Assembly (NCBI GenBank): GCA_002104905.1
Contig: MCFE01000166.1
Location: 1-64,000 of the forward strand
Source of the DNA: Basidiobolus meristosporus CBS 931.73
Lineage: Eukaryota > Fungi > Basidiobolomycota
Direction: 5' to 3'
DNA length: 64,000 nt
Shown here: positions 62,052 to 64,000 of the stretch, piece by piece
How positions within the stretch are numbered: position 1 is the stretch's first letter
Layout: every line of letters begins with the position of its first letter
Notes under the pieces: generated by a model
Told to the model about the DNA's origin: nothing
Database searches by the model: none
Seen by the model: only the letters and a program-made list of their open reading frames with translations
Made by a program: the position numbers and the translations under genes

Positions 62052-62924
62052 TTAGATTGACTGAGTCCCGTTGGCCTCCTGGCGAGGGACTCTGTCTTTT
62101 GACGCCTTCTTCTCTTTTGTGTCCGGTACGGCTTCTCTTCCGTACCGTTTTTCACATTCATGGGCCCGGTGACCTACTTCTCCACACACATAACACGGAT
62201 ACTGTTGTTGCGGTCGCTCCATCTGTTGGGTCAGGACTTGAACCTGGGCCTTTAGATCTACGACAGCTTCCCAGAGTTTATCACCTTCTTTGGGGACTTC
62301 TTGGACATTGTTGATCAAGAGTTCTTGGACCTTTTGCCGTAATTCCTCTAACTCACGGTCTTTTGGGGAGGCGATTTTTCCTTTCTTACGGGGGATCCCT
62401 GTCCTTCAATCATTTGTATCACTATAGGGTAGCCCCCATAGCAAGATGACCCCTTGTACTCGTTCGACCAACTCTTGCAACGTTTTACATCCCTGTTGTT
62501 CTTCGGACGCCCTACGTCTTATTTCGTCATCTAAGCCCATGATGTAATACCTCATGAGCTGTTGTTTGGCAATTTCGTCCTTCGGGAGACATCGAACTCA
62601 TTGGAGAAGCAGTTCAGTGTAGGCTTCATAGCTTTCACTGCTTTTCTTCCGCAAGGACAGTAGAAGGGCTTTGTAGTGGTATCCTTTGGCATATAGAAAG
62701 TGTGTCTTGTAGGCTTCTTCTAGTGCATCCCAGTTGTCTTTGACTGCGTCTTCCAACCCATAATGCCATCACCATGCTGACCCTTCCATATGTCTTGCGA
62801 ACTCTCTTACTTTCTTATTGTCGTCCCATCCTGCATCAACCGCAACTCTCTCAAACTTATCAAACCACTCAAGGGCTTTCTCTCTCTTTCCCTTGTATGT
62901 TTTTAGTTTGATTGTAGTAGTCAT
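62052..62924 (-). pseudogene. gag: gag (291 codons) with CCHC zinc knuckle and three in-frame TGA stops
   Basis: ATG at 62924; WFDKFERVA..GWDD and CYVCGEVGHRAHEC; TGA at 62769-71, 62598-600 and 62406-08. Confidence 0.88.
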
Positions 62925-62965
62925 TACCTCACTTGTGCTTATTTCCGCAGAGACGGCACCAAATA

Positions 62966-63352
62966 TGTGGGTTATTACTGACTGTACTTGGTGAGTAGGA
63001 GAGCTTGTAGGTCAAGTCAGTACCACTTGGTTCAGAATAGCTTCCAATAGAAGGTAGCAAGGTAATAAAGACTTCTGTTTATTTCGTCCAAATCTCATTG
63101 TTCTTCCTGGTTCAATTGGGTAGATATATATATCACTTGGAGGGGCTTAGACAATAGACAATGTGTTATAAAATAGGGATGTGAACACCTTCCTGTTATG
63201 GTAAGTGTTCTAACTAGATAAGGGCAGGGATAGGAGGGGAGGACGCGTGGGGGAATCATAGGGAGGGTACTGGAGGACTTCAGGTAGGACTCTGGAGGGA
63301 ACTCTTGGGGGAACTCTTGGGCAAAGAGTGGGTACTACATTGAGTACTCACA
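62966..63352 (-). repeat. 5' LTR
   Basis: Direct repeat of 56690-57076, followed by the PBS. Confidence 0.95.
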
Positions 63353-63602
63353 AACTTTACTAGAGTACTCTGGGTTTCTCTTATTCACAAGCCAGTCTCT
63401 ACACCATTCAATACAGACTTTGCGCAAACAAGAGCCAAAGCACATCTAGTATGGGGACTAGAACTCAGCAGGGAGATGGAATTTGTTGGTTAAGCACCAA
63501 GAAGTTCTTAGCGGATAATTAGGAGGTATTCATGGCAAAGGTGGTAGCAACCAAATATATGCTTGCATTGCATATACGTTACCAGTGATAGAAGGTCTAT
63601 GT

Positions 63603-63980
63603 TGTGAGTACTAAATAGAGTACCCACTCTTTGTCTAAGAGTTCTCCCCAGAGTCCTACCCCAAGTCCCTCAGTATTCTCCCTATGATTCCCCCATGTGT
63701 CCTCCCTCCTATCCCTGCCCTTGTCTAGTTAGAACACTTACCATAACAGAAGGTGTTCACACCCCTATTTTATAACACATTGTCTATTATCTGAGCCCCC
63801 CCAAGTGATGCATATATATCTATCCATTTGAACCAAGTGAAGGCACAGGAAGATTTGGATGGAATAAACAAAAGTCCTTATTACCTTGCTACCTTCTATT
63901 GGAAGCTATTCTGAGCCAAGTGGAACTGACTTAACCTACAAGCTCTCCCACTCACCAAGTACAGTCTGTAATAACCCACA
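63603..63980 (+). mobile_element. Diverged LTR of a related Gypsy family, inverted orientation, followed by PBS-like TGGCAACC
   Basis: TGTGAGTACT..TAATAACCCACA (378 bp) is homologous to the reverse complement of 62966-63352. Confidence 0.85.
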
Positions 63981-64000
63981 TATGGCAACCTTTTAAGTAT

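Larger units (their letters stand above)
56690..63352 (-). mobile_element. Full-length Ty3/Gypsy LTR retrotransposon (6663 bp), inactivated; gag-pol-ORF3
   Basis: 387-bp LTRs at 56690-57076 and 62966-63352 (10 mismatches), with TG..CA ends. AACTT TSD at 56685-89 and 63353-57. PBS-like TGGTGCCGTCTC at 62961-62950. Domain order PR-RT-RH-IN. Confidence 0.95.

Overview
Eukaryotic, fungal genomic DNA: the introns are short (52-68 nt), GT..AG, with CTAAC/CTAAT branch sites. An early-diverging lineage such as Basidiobolus/Zoopagomycota is my guess and cannot be proven from the window. The window has two halves. (1) 1-33.8 kb is gene-rich: a secreted, bacterial-type PL6 polysaccharide lyase with one intron; a GH47 alpha-1,2-mannosidase-like gene with altered active-site residues; a Zip1/MetR/Cys-3-type bZIP; a 14.5-kb tandem array of 10 intact and 2 decayed genes for secreted Ser/Thr/Pro/Glu-rich proteins ending in a 6-Cys CBM19-like chitin-binding module with no catalytic domain, most sharing a TATA box and an ATF/CRE-like upstream site; then MCM1, MRPL6, ESS1, an unrecognised multi-exon gene, a cytochrome c heme lyase and a C2H2 factor. 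(2) 33.9-64 kb is a strongly CpG-depleted nest of dead transposons (Copia with half-tRNA-type PBS and TSD-bounded solo LTRs, Gypsy, PIF/Harbinger, CACTA). Into it a younger full-length Ty3/Gypsy element has inserted (56690-63352; 387-bp LTRs; AACTT TSD). Its point lesions are CpG transitions, including the protease and RT catalytic aspartates, and it carries an intact 389-aa extra ORF of unknown function in the env position. The strongest leads are the non-catalytic CBM19 array with its shared bZIP-type site, the Gypsy ORF3, the CpG-targeted (RIP-like or methylation-driven) inactivation, and the probably horizontally acquired PL6 gene.
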